Of a stretch of DNA of 64,000 nucleotides, positions 19,917 through 28,793 are shown piece by piece; position 1 is the first letter of the stretch; each line of letters starts with the position of its first letter. A model generated the notes under the pieces. The model was not told the DNA's origin. It saw only the letters and a program-made list of their open reading frames with translations, and ran no database searches. The stretch is taken from NCBI GenBank assembly GCA_020741775.1, contig DYYG01000063.1:24429-88428 (forward strand), given 5' to 3'. This stretch comes from Methylorubrum populi. Lineage in GTDB: Bacteria; Pseudomonadota; Alphaproteobacteria; Rhizobiales; Beijerinckiaceae. Both the position numbers and the translations under genes were made by a program.

Positions 19917-20651
19917 GTGCCCAACCCGCTCTCCCGAAAGCTGGAAAACTTCGTTCGCCTTTCTGCGGAGGAAAGGCAGGCTTTGGAGCGCATCGCTCAG
20001 CCGACACGAAGGCTGGGCGCCCGTGAAGACGTGATCCGTGACGGAGACCGGCCGCGCCATGTCAACGTCGTCCTGGAAGGCTGGGCCTGTCGCTACAAGC
20101 AACTTGAGGATGGGCGGCGCCAGGTCATCTCGATCTTCCTACCAGGCGATTTGTGTGATCCACATGTCTTCGTGCTGCGTAAGATGGATCATTCCCTCGG
20201 AACACTGACGCCGGTGGTCATCGCCGAGATCTCGGAAGCGGCGATACGGGACGTGGCACTTCAGTATCCGCGCATTGGCGAGGCGCTGTGGTGGGAAATG
20301 CTCGTCACGGCGGCGGTGCAGCGCGAATGGACGGTCAGCCTCGGCCAGCGGCTGGCGACGGAGCGGTTAGGGCACCTGTTCTGCGAACTGTTCCTGCGTC
20401 TGCGGGCCGTGGGCCTGACAAGCGACACGAGTTGCGAGTTTCCGATCACGCAGGCGGATCTCGGCGACGCGATGGGGTTGTCGACGGTCCACATCAACCG
20501 CACCCTCAAGGAGTTGCGGGCTTCGGGGCTAATCCGCCTGCGCGGCCGTCAGCTCACGATTCCGGATCTGCCGGCTTTGCAGGCCGCTTCGTTGTTCGAT
20601 CCATCCTATCTTCACTACGAGCGCGATCCATCCGCAATCGCCGACGATTGA
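19917..20651 (+). CDS. Crp/Fnr-family transcriptional regulator
   Basis: cNMP-binding-like domain (VVLEGWACRYKQLEDGRRQV...PGD) and HTH (ITQADLGDAMGLSTVHINRTL); GTG start after AAGGA. Confidence 0.9.
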   Translation: MPNPLSRKLENFVRLSAEERQALERIAQPTRRLGAREDVIRDGDRPRHVNVVLEGWACRYKQLEDGRRQVISIFLPGDLCDPHVFVLRKMDHSLGTLTPVVIAEISEAAIRDVALQYPRIGEALWWEMLVTAAVQREWTVSLGQRLATERLGHLFCELFLRLRAVGLTSDTSCEFPITQADLGDAMGLSTVHINRTLKELRASGLIRLRGRQLTIPDLPALQAASLFDPSYLHYERDPSAIADD

Positions 20652-20702
20652 TGTGCGGCCCAGCGCCGTTTCATCCTTTTGAGGTCAGCAAACGGCCAAG
20701 CC

Positions 20703-21407
20703 ATGAACCAGGATCCGCGGGACGCACGTATCGAAGAGCTCGAAGCCGAGAACCGGCGGCTGCGCCGTTTCCTGGATGAGAAGGGCTTGCCCGCCGAGCA
20801 GCGCCATCAGGTGCGCAATACGCTCGCCATGCTGCGGGCCATCATTCGCCGGTCCGCTGAGACAAGCGACTCCGTGGAGACCTATGCCGCCCATCTCGAC
20901 GGGCGGCTCGATGCGGTCGCCCGCGTCCTCAATGCCCTGATGCGCACCGTACCCGAAGGCGTCGGCCTGCATTCTCTCGTGGCCGATGAGTTGCTGGCCC
21001 ATCTGGCCCGCGAGGGTGAGCAGGTCGCCATCGAGGGGCCGAACCTGCGGCTGCGACCGGGGGCGGCAGAAGTCTTCGCCATGGCGATCCACGAACTGGC
21101 CGTGAACGCGGTCGAACACGGCGCTCTGACCGTTCCCCAGGGCCGGATCCAGGTCACCTGGAATGTCACCACGCCGACGAACTCGACCGGATCCCGCCCG
21201 CATCTGACCTTCACCTGGCTCGAGAAGGGCCTCGAGGGGCTTCCGGCGGATCCTCCGCATCGGGGTTTCGGGACGGAGGTACTCGAGCGCAGCCTGCGCT
21301 ACGAACTGAAGGCGGAGACCCGCTTGACCTTCGAGCCCGAAGGGCTGCGCTGCATCATCAGCCTGCCATTGCCGCCCCAGATCACCGTGGTGGAAGAGGA
21401 CGAGTAG
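20703..21407 (+). CDS. HWE-family histidine kinase without an obvious sensor domain
   Basis: H-box HQVRN, N-box HELAVNAVEHGAL, WLE motif, GFGTEVLE; only a short coiled coil precedes the H-box. Confidence 0.85.
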   Translation: MNQDPRDARIEELEAENRRLRRFLDEKGLPAEQRHQVRNTLAMLRAIIRRSAETSDSVETYAAHLDGRLDAVARVLNALMRTVPEGVGLHSLVADELLAHLAREGEQVAIEGPNLRLRPGAAEVFAMAIHELAVNAVEHGALTVPQGRIQVTWNVTTPTNSTGSRPHLTFTWLEKGLEGLPADPPHRGFGTEVLERSLRYELKAETRLTFEPEGLRCIISLPLPPQITVVEEDE

Positions 21408-21593
21408 ACCGATCCGGTGCAAGACGACCGGCCGGGACGCGTTGCGCCGAGCCGTTACCCGCTCACCATTTCTCGATCATCCGCGCTGAGAAGCGTGGCC
21501 GGGGTAGCCGCGCGGGATGGCGACGGGTAGTTAACATCTGGATGCTTTGCTGGAGGCATCGCCGCTCGACGGACAAGGGACCTCGCCGATCGA

Positions 21594-23579
21594 ATGCTCC
21601 TCCGGATGAACTGCCTGCTGCGTTCGCCGGCCTTCGGTGGCGTTATCCTAAGTGTCGTGGCCGTCACCGCCCTGCCGCAACCGGCATGGGCCTTCGACCT
21701 GTTCGGCCTGTTCGGCTCGGAGGAGGAGCCGCCGGCGCCGACCCCCACGGCCCTGCCTTATACCCTGCGCATCACCGGCACCGACGACTCGGATATCCTG
21801 AAAGCGCTTCAGGACACCTCGACGCTCTACCGCCTGCGCCAGGAGGCGCCGCCGGACGGGGAGGGGCTGGTGCGGCGGGCGGAGGCCGATCTGCGCCGCC
21901 TCACCGATGTGCTCTCGGGCTACGGCTATTACCAGGGCACCGTGACCGTTCGGATCGACGGCGTAGCCGTGACCGGGGAAGCATCACTCGCCGCCGCCGC
22001 CCGCGCGGCCGAAGGCTCTCGCAGCCGGGCCCTGGTCCCGGTGAAGATCGTGGTCGATCTCGGCCCCGCCTATACGCTGCGCACTGTGCGCGCCCTCGAT
22101 CCCCGCCAGCGCCCGTTCCCGGACGAGGTGCTGCCGGAACGCTTCATCCGCACTGACGACGATGTGCCGGCCCGCTCGGCCACGGTGCTGGCCCGCGAGG
22201 CCAAGATCGTCGATCGCCTGCGCGCCCTCGGCCACCCCTTTGCCAAGGTGGTGACGCGCGACCCCGTCGTGGATGACGCCGCCCATGTGATGGATGTGAC
22301 CTTCACCATCGATCCCGGGCCGAAAGCTGGGCTCGGTGAGGTGGCGGTAAAGGCGCCGGAGGGCATCGACCCGGCGGTGATCCGCTCCTTCATCTACACG
22401 GAGCCGGGCGATCCTTATTCGCCGAAGGCAGTCGCCGAGATCCGCCGCTCGGTGGCCCGGATCGAAGGGCTCGGTGCCGTGCGCGTGCGGGAGGGCGAGA
22501 GCCTCGATGCCGACGGCAACCTGCCGCTCTTCGTCGAGGTGAGCGAGCGTGAGCGCAACCTGATCGGCGTCTCGGCCCGCTACTCCACCGTCGATGGTCC
22601 GGGCGTGCGGGCCTACTACGCCAACCGCAACCTCTGGGGCGGCGGCGAGACCCTGCGGCTCGATGCCGACATCTACTATCTCGGCCTCGGCTACGATCCG
22701 TTCGCGACCCAGCGCAAGCTCGCCGGCATCGACACCACCGGTCTCGGCGGCCGTCTCGCCGCGACCTTCGTCAAGCCTGCCCTCGGCGGCACCCGCAACG
22801 ATCTGCTCGCCAATGCCTTCGTCACGCGGGAGGTGCAGCAGAGCTACTTCGTGGACGCGGCCGGTGCCTCGGTCGCCGTGCGCCACCGCTTCTCGGATAC
22901 CTTCTCGGCCCAGATCGGCATCGATGGGCAGGTCGGCCGCTCGAAGGATGCCATCGGCACGGTCGATTACCGGCTGATCGGCGTGCCGGTCTCGGTCACC
23001 TACGATTCCACCGACAGCCTGCTCGATCCCACCGAGGGTGTCCGGCTCATCGCCTCCGCCGCGCCCTATCCGAGCTTCCTCGGCTCGGATCCCGGCATCT
23101 TCGTCGCGAAGGCGCAGGGCTCGACCTATTACGCCCTCGACGACGAGGCGAAATACGTGCTGGCCGGGCGCCTCGGCTTCGGCTCGGTCTCGGGGGCGCG
23201 GCTCGACGAGATCCCCGACAATTTCCGGTTCTTCGCCGGCGGCGGTGGCTCGGTGCGCGGCTACGCCTTCCGGACCCTCGGCCCGCGCGGACCGTTCAAC
23301 CTGCCGATCGGCGGCCGCTCCCTGCTGGAAGCCTCGATCGAAGCCCGGATCAAGGTCACCGACACCATCGGCGTCGTGCCGTTCTTCGACGCGGGCACCG
23401 CCTTCGCCTCGTCGCTGCCGGATTTCGATGAGCGTATTCGCAAGGCAGCGGGCATCGGTGTCCGCTACTATACCGGCATCGGCCCGATCCGCGCCGATCT
23501 CGCCTTCCCCCTCGACCGGATCAAGGGGAATCGCGAGCTGCCGGTCGCCCTGTACATCAGTCTCGGACAGGCTTTCTGA
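21594..23579 (+). CDS. tamA: TamA (Omp85-family translocation and assembly module)
   Basis: POTRA-like N-terminus, FFAGGGGSVRGY loop, GIGVRYYTGIGPIRADLAFP, terminal YISLGQAF. Confidence 0.9.
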   Translation: MLLRMNCLLRSPAFGGVILSVVAVTALPQPAWAFDLFGLFGSEEEPPAPTPTALPYTLRITGTDDSDILKALQDTSTLYRLRQEAPPDGEGLVRRAEADLRRLTDVLSGYGYYQGTVTVRIDGVAVTGEASLAAAARAAEGSRSRALVPVKIVVDLGPAYTLRTVRALDPRQRPFPDEVLPERFIRTDDDVPARSATVLAREAKIVDRLRALGHPFAKVVTRDPVVDDAAHVMDVTFTIDPGPKAGLGEVAVKAPEGIDPAVIRSFIYTEPGDPYSPKAVAEIRRSVARIEGLGAVRVREGESLDADGNLPLFVEVSERERNLIGVSARYSTVDGPGVRAYYANRNLWGGGETLRLDADIYYLGLGYDPFATQRKLAGIDTTGLGGRLAATFVKPALGGTRNDLLANAFVTREVQQSYFVDAAGASVAVRHRFSDTFSAQIGIDGQVGRSKDAIGTVDYRLIGVPVSVTYDSTDSLLDPTEGVRLIASAAPYPSFLGSDPGIFVAKAQGSTYYALDDEAKYVLAGRLGFGSVSGARLDEIPDNFRFFAGGGGSVRGYAFRTLGPRGPFNLPIGGRSLLEASIEARIKVTDTIGVVPFFDAGTAFASSLPDFDERIRKAAGIGVRYYTGIGPIRADLAFPLDRIKGNRELPVALYISLGQAF

Positions 23580-26500
23580 ATGGGATTTCTTGTGGGGACG
23601 TTTTCTCGCCGCATCGGCGGGCGCGGTATCGGGGCGGCTTTGGCCCTGCTCGGCCTGCTCCTTGTGGCCGCCCTCGTTCCCACCGATCTCACCCGCGCGG
23701 CGGATGGCGAGAAGACGGTGCTCGGCGGCATCCTCTCGAAGGCGCTCTCGACGCCCTCGTCTCAAGTGTCCATCGGCGCCGTCGACGGGGCCCTGTCCTC
23801 CGATGCCACCATCCGCGATGTCGTCATCAGCGATTCCGAGGGGGCTTGGCTGAAGCTCGACCGGGCTCGCCTCGTCTGGCGGCGCCTCGCTCTGCTCTCC
23901 GGCCGGCTCGAGGTCGATACCCTCGAGATCGGACGCCTCGAAGTCCTGCGTCGCCCCGTTCCCGGCCCGACACCGGCCGAAGCCGAACCCGATGGCCGCC
24001 TGCTGCCCGAACTGCCGGTGAAGGTGGAGATCAAGGGCTTTCAGCTGGCCGAGCTGATCCTCGGTGAGAGCGTTGCCGGCCAGCCGGCCCGGCTCGCGGC
24101 GGATGGGAAGGTCAAGCTCGGCAATCCCTCCGAGGGGCTCGATCTCAGCGTGGATGCCCGCCGCCTCGATGCGGCCGGCCGCTTCATCGCCCAACTCCTG
24201 TTCGTGCCCAAGGGTGAGCGGCTGGATCTGAAGGCGAATCTCGTCGAACCGGCGGGGGGCCTGCTCTCGAAGGCCGCCAATCTTCCCGGAACGCCGCCGA
24301 TCGATTTCAACCTCGACGGTCACGGCACCCTCGATTCTTTCAACGCCAAGCTCGATTTCGACGCCGGTCCCGAAATCGGCGCGAGAGGCGGCGCCCGGCT
24401 CTCGCGCATCGGCACAGACCGGCGCCTGAGCCTCGATCTCACCTCGCGGATCGAAGGCCTCGTGCCGGGGCCGGCCGCGGCGGTCTTCTCCGGTGAAACC
24501 AAGCTCGAGGGTGGTCTGGCCTTCGCCGATGGTGGCGGGTTCCGGATCGACCGGCTCGATCTCACCTCCCGCACCGCGCGGCTCGGCATCGGCGGTACCC
24601 TGACCGCCGACCGGGTGGCGGATTTCAGCATTGTCGCCCGCGCCGTTCCGACCGAGGGCGGCGTCACCAAAGCAGCCGAAGCGGAGCTGCAGAACTTGGT
24701 CTTCGACGGCAGCCTGAAGGGGCCGCTCTCTGCGCCGCGGGTGAAGGGTAACCTCAAGGCGGCCGGCCTTCGCACGCGAGGATCGGCCCTGGAGCGGGTC
24801 GAGGCCGCGCTGAACGTCGAGCCGACCGGCGCCGATCCGAAAACGCAACGCTTCTCCGTTACCGCCGACGCGGTGTTGGAAGGTCTGCACCTCGCCGATC
24901 CGGCCCTGCGCCGGGCCCTCGGCAGCCGGGCCAAGCTCACCCTGCGCGCCGCCGCCGGTTCGGACGGCGTGCTCGATGTCAGCACCCTGGTTCTCGATGC
25001 CGACACCGCCCGCGTCTCCTATGCCGGGCAGCTCGGCCAAAACACCCTGACCGGGACCGTCGAGGCCGCCCTGACCGATATCGGCGCGTTCTCGGGGGTT
25101 GCCGGCCGTAATCTGGCCGGGCGCCTCGATGCCAAGGCAGCTCTGAGCGGCGACCCGGCCCGCAAGGCGCTCTCCGCCGATCTCGACTTGCGCGGCGGCG
25201 GTCTCGTCCTCGGTGAGGTGGTGGCCGACCGCCTCGTCGGCCGCTCCCCGACCCTCACCGGGCGCGTCTTCCAGACTTACGACGGCTACGGCTTCGACCG
25301 CCTGCGCTTCGACGGCGCCGAGATGTTCGCGACGATCCAGGGCAAGGCCGACGCCCGGATCGCCGATGTGGCCGCCCGCATCGATCTGAAGACCCTGTCC
25401 GCCCTCGACGAGCGGCTGCTCGGACCGGCAAGCGTCGATGCGCGGCTGACCGGTTCCCTGGTCAAGCCGGCGCTGACCGCCGCTCTGCGCGCACCGGATG
25501 TCAGCGCCAATGGGCGGCCGATCCGCGACCTTCGCCTCGACGCCGCTTTCGGCGATCTGCGCGGCGCCCTCGACGGCACGCTGCATCTGAGCGGTGACAT
25601 CGCCGGCAAGCCGCTCAAGGCCGAAGCCGCCGTCAGCCGGCCGACGCGGACGGATTACGCCCTAGACCGCATGACCTTTGCCCTCGGCTCTGTTCTGGCA
25701 GAGGGCCGCGCCCAGATCGATGCGGACAGCCTGCTCGGAGACGGCACTTTGACGATCCGGGCCGGCGACCTCGCGGACCTGTCGCCGCTGGCTCTCGCCC
25801 CGATGGCCGGCCGGCTCGACGCGGCCGTGACGCTCTCCCGCGCCGCCGGGAAGCAGGACGCGGCGATCCGCGCCACCGGCGCCAGCCTGCGCTACGGCAG
25901 CTTCGGCTTGGCCAAGCTCGATGCCGACCTCACCGGGCGGGATCTGCGGGCGCATCCGGTCATCGACGGCCATGCCGCCATCGACCGGGTGATCGCCGCC
26001 GGACAGACCGTCGATACGGTGCGGCTGTCGGCTTCGGGAAATGCGGCGGCGAGCGACATCACCCTGACGGCCCAGGCGCGCGGCTTCGCCCTCGACGGCG
26101 CGGCGCGGCTGATTCCGGCCGAACGCACCCGGATCGAGATCGCCCGGTTCTCGGCCCAGCGCGGCGGAGACCGGCTGGCACTGGCCGGGCCGGCCGCGAT
26201 CACCCTCGACGATGGTGCGGCCGTGATCGAGAATCTCGTCGTCGCCGCCGGTTCCGGCCGGATCAGCGTGCAGGGCAGGGCGGGCTCGGTCCTCGATCTC
26301 AAGCTCGGCATCCGCGCCCTGCCTCTGGCCCTCGCCCGGATCGCCAGCCCGAGCCTTGCGCTCTCCGGCACGCTGGAGGGGGAGGCCGACATTCATGGCC
26401 CTGCCGCCCGGCCAGAGGGGCGCTATGCCCTGTCGGTCGCCAGCTTAGTGACGCCGGAAACCCGCAAGGCCGGGCTGCCGCCGATCACCGCGCGGGCGAG

Positions 26501-27938
26501 CGGCACGCTCTCGGAGGGGCAGGCCGGGATCGACGGGCGCGTCTCCGCCGGACGCGGCGCCGACGTGACGGTGACGGGTTCGGTGCCGGTCGAGGCCGGT
26601 GGCGCGCTCAGTCTGCGTGCTCGGGGCAGCCTCGATGCGGCCCTGGCCAATTCGATGCTGAGCACGACGGGGCAGCGGGCCACCGGCCGGGTGGCGCTCG
26701 ATGCCGGCGTGACCGGCACCCTGGCGGCCCCGAAGGTGGAGGGCACGGCGACCCTTTCAGGTGGCAGCTTCAGCGACCCTCTCAACGGCATCCGTCTCAC
26801 CGACATCCAGGGCCGCGTCACCGGGCGCGGCGAGACCATCGTGATCGAGCGGCTGACTGCCGCGACCCGCAACGGCGGACGCCTCGCCGTTGACGGAAAG
26901 GTGGCGGTCGAGCCAACCTCGGGTTTCCCCGGCTCCTTGCGTATCACCGCCGACCGGGCCGAGCTGGTGTCGAGCCCGTTGATGACGGCGGTGTCGAGCC
27001 TCAACCTCGCCCTGTCGGGTCCGCTCGCCCGCACGCCGAAGATCAGCGGCCGGGTCGATGTCGTCTCCATCGACGTGTCGGTGCCCGACCGCCTGCCCGC
27101 GACGGTGCAGCCCCTGCCGGGCATTCGCCGGGTCAATGAGACACCGGAGGTGCGCGCGCGTCTCGCCAAGCGGGCCGAGCGGAAGGCCCAGATCGCGGCG
27201 GTGAGCCGCCGGAAGAAGGCGGCCCCGCCCTTCGATGCCAGCCTCGATCTGATCGTCAGTGCCCCGAGCCGCATCTTCGTGCGCGGGCGCGGCATCGATG
27301 CGGAACTCGGCGGCGAGCTGCACATCACCGGCACCTCCCGCGACCCGCGGGCCAACGGCGATTTCTCCATGCGCCGGGGCGTGTTCGCCCTGGGCGGCCA
27401 GCGCCTCGACTTCACCCGGGGCCGGGTGTTCTTCGCGGGCGACCTCGCTCAGCCCGACCTCGATTTCGCCGCCGAGACCAAGGCCGCCGACGTGACCGCC
27501 CGCGTCAACGTCACGGGCTCGGCCGCGCAGCCGGAATTCGTGCTCTCGTCGGATCCGAGCCTGCCGCAGGACGAGATCCTGTCCCGCATCCTGTTCAAGA
27601 AGGCGGCGGCGGGGCTCTCGCCTTTCCAGGCGCTGCAATTGGCGCAGGCGGTCGCTCAGCTCTCCGGCGGTGCCGGCGGTCCGGACGTGTTCGAAGCGGC
27701 CCGCAAGGGACTCGGACTCGACAGCCTCGACGTCTCGACCGGAGCGAGCGGCGGCCCGGCGGTCGGCGCCTCGCGCTACATCAACGACCGGATCAGCGTC
27801 GGCGTGAAGGCCGGCGCCAAGCCCGCCGACACCGCCGCGACCATCAATTACGATGTGACCCGCCGGATCAAGCTCAACGGCGAGGCCGGCAGCGACGGCC
27901 GCACCTCGGTCGGCGTCGGCGCGGAATGGGAGTGGTAG
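23580..27938 (+). CDS. tamB: TamB (DUF490/AsmA-like)
   Basis: N-terminal membrane anchor, long beta-rich body, C-terminal RIFVRGRGIDAELGG...SDPSLPQDEILSRILF...VGVGAEWEW; abuts tamA. Confidence 0.9.
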   Translation: MGFLVGTFSRRIGGRGIGAALALLGLLLVAALVPTDLTRAADGEKTVLGGILSKALSTPSSQVSIGAVDGALSSDATIRDVVISDSEGAWLKLDRARLVWRRLALLSGRLEVDTLEIGRLEVLRRPVPGPTPAEAEPDGRLLPELPVKVEIKGFQLAELILGESVAGQPARLAADGKVKLGNPSEGLDLSVDARRLDAAGRFIAQLLFVPKGERLDLKANLVEPAGGLLSKAANLPGTPPIDFNLDGHGTLDSFNAKLDFDAGPEIGARGGARLSRIGTDRRLSLDLTSRIEGLVPGPAAAVFSGETKLEGGLAFADGGGFRIDRLDLTSRTARLGIGGTLTADRVADFSIVARAVPTEGGVTKAAEAELQNLVFDGSLKGPLSAPRVKGNLKAAGLRTRGSALERVEAALNVEPTGADPKTQRFSVTADAVLEGLHLADPALRRALGSRAKLTLRAAAGSDGVLDVSTLVLDADTARVSYAGQLGQNTLTGTVEAALTDIGAFSGVAGRNLAGRLDAKAALSGDPARKALSADLDLRGGGLVLGEVVADRLVGRSPTLTGRVFQTYDGYGFDRLRFDGAEMFATIQGKADARIADVAARIDLKTLSALDERLLGPASVDARLTGSLVKPALTAALRAPDVSANGRPIRDLRLDAAFGDLRGALDGTLHLSGDIAGKPLKAEAAVSRPTRTDYALDRMTFALGSVLAEGRAQIDADSLLGDGTLTIRAGDLADLSPLALAPMAGRLDAAVTLSRAAGKQDAAIRATGASLRYGSFGLAKLDADLTGRDLRAHPVIDGHAAIDRVIAAGQTVDTVRLSASGNAAASDITLTAQARGFALDGAARLIPAERTRIEIARFSAQRGGDRLALAGPAAITLDDGAAVIENLVVAAGSGRISVQGRAGSVLDLKLGIRALPLALARIASPSLALSGTLEGEADIHGPAARPEGRYALSVASLVTPETRKAGLPPITARASGTLSEGQAGIDGRVSAGRGADVTVTGSVPVEAGGALSLRARGSLDAALANSMLSTTGQRATGRVALDAGVTGTLAAPKVEGTATLSGGSFSDPLNGIRLTDIQGRVTGRGETIVIERLTAATRNGGRLAVDGKVAVEPTSGFPGSLRITADRAELVSSPLMTAVSSLNLALSGPLARTPKISGRVDVVSIDVSVPDRLPATVQPLPGIRRVNETPEVRARLAKRAERKAQIAAVSRRKKAAPPFDASLDLIVSAPSRIFVRGRGIDAELGGELHITGTSRDPRANGDFSMRRGVFALGGQRLDFTRGRVFFAGDLAQPDLDFAAETKAADVTARVNVTGSAAQPEFVLSSDPSLPQDEILSRILFKKAAAGLSPFQALQLAQAVAQLSGGAGGPDVFEAARKGLGLDSLDVSTGASGGPAVGASRYINDRISVGVKAGAKPADTAATINYDVTRRIKLNGEAGSDGRTSVGVGAEWEW

Positions 27939-28016
27939 GGCGTCGGCCCGGCCTTTACCGGGACGACGCTCTCAGCGGTGGGCGCTCGATCTGTCGGGCG
28001 CCCGGCACACATCGTC

Positions 28017-28505
28017 CTACGGCTCCTTGAAGCCGTATTCCGGCACGCCGTCGTCGTTGCCGTAATACTTGTAGGGCAGGAACTTGCCGGACATGGCCAG
28101 CTTCACCCGGTCGCCCTTGTTGTTGGCCTCGCGCTCCATGGTCATGTTGAAGTCGATGGCCGACATGATGCCATCGCCGAACTCCTCCTGGATCAGCTCC
28201 TTCCAGGTGGTGCCGTAGACCATCACCAGCTCGTAGAAGCGGTAGATCAGCGGATCGGTCGGCGGCATCTGCGGGATCGAGCCGCGATAGGGCGCCTCGT
28301 TCAGCATCCGCTCCTCGGCCTGGCTCAGGCCGAACAGCGCGGCGGCCTTGGCGGCCTGCGCCTTCGGAAGCTTCATCTGCCCCATGCAGGCGGCGGTGAT
28401 CAGGATCGGCGAGATCCCGCCGATCTCGTCCTGGATGAATTTCCAGGTCCAGCCCTTCTCGCGCTTGATGTCGAGTAGCTTCTCGGTGAGGTCTTCGCGC
28501 TTCAT
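28017..28505 (-). CDS. cynS: Cyanase (cyanate hydratase)
   Basis: PTDPLIYRFYELVMVYG, EEFGDGIMSAIDF, GKFLPY; AGGAG RBS. Confidence 0.95.
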   Translation of the reverse strand: MKREDLTEKLLDIKREKGWTWKFIQDEIGGISPILITAACMGQMKLPKAQAAKAAALFGLSQAEERMLNEAPYRGSIPQMPPTDPLIYRFYELVMVYGTTWKELIQEEFGDGIMSAIDFNMTMEREANNKGDRVKLAMSGKFLPYKYYGNDDGVPEYGFKEP

Positions 28506-28669
28506 GCTGTTCTCCTGTCGCTGGACGACGAGCCGGCTTCGGATGAGCCGTCCGGATGCCGGGGGCGTGGCAACCGGACGGCCGGATCGTCCGCAGATCG
28601 GGACGGATCCTCGGGGCTCGCAGCGGAGAAGCGCACGCGCCTCGCCACGATGCCGCCGGCTAGCGTTGC

Positions 28670-28684
28670 GCAAGCGCTGTGCCA
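28670..28684 (-). promoter_or_regulatory. Sigma-54 -24/-12 promoter facing cynS
   Basis: Minus strand TGGCAC-AGCGC-TTGC, an exact match to TGGCAC-N5-TTGC. Confidence 0.85.
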
Positions 28685-28743
28685 TTGGCATCGTAGATCA
28701 AAAAGCAATCTAGATCAGCAATTTAGAGAAACGGTGCTTTGCT

Positions 28744-28793
28744 ACGAGATCTCGTCTATGACGATATATCGTAGAATGAGTGCGAGATCTCGT
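28744..28793. promoter_or_regulatory. Three 12-bp palindromes, probable enhancer (UAS) for the adjacent activator
   Basis: ACGAGATCTCGT (28744-55), ACGATATATCGT (28761-72), GCGAGATCTCGT (28782-93). Confidence 0.65.

Noticed and set aside
21984-25586. Very long antisense ORFs (this 1200-aa one, and others such as 47002-48756, 34318-36588, 16022-17482)
   Set aside because: They mirror well-supported genes on the other strand, lack family motifs and are expected shadows of GC-rich codon usage.
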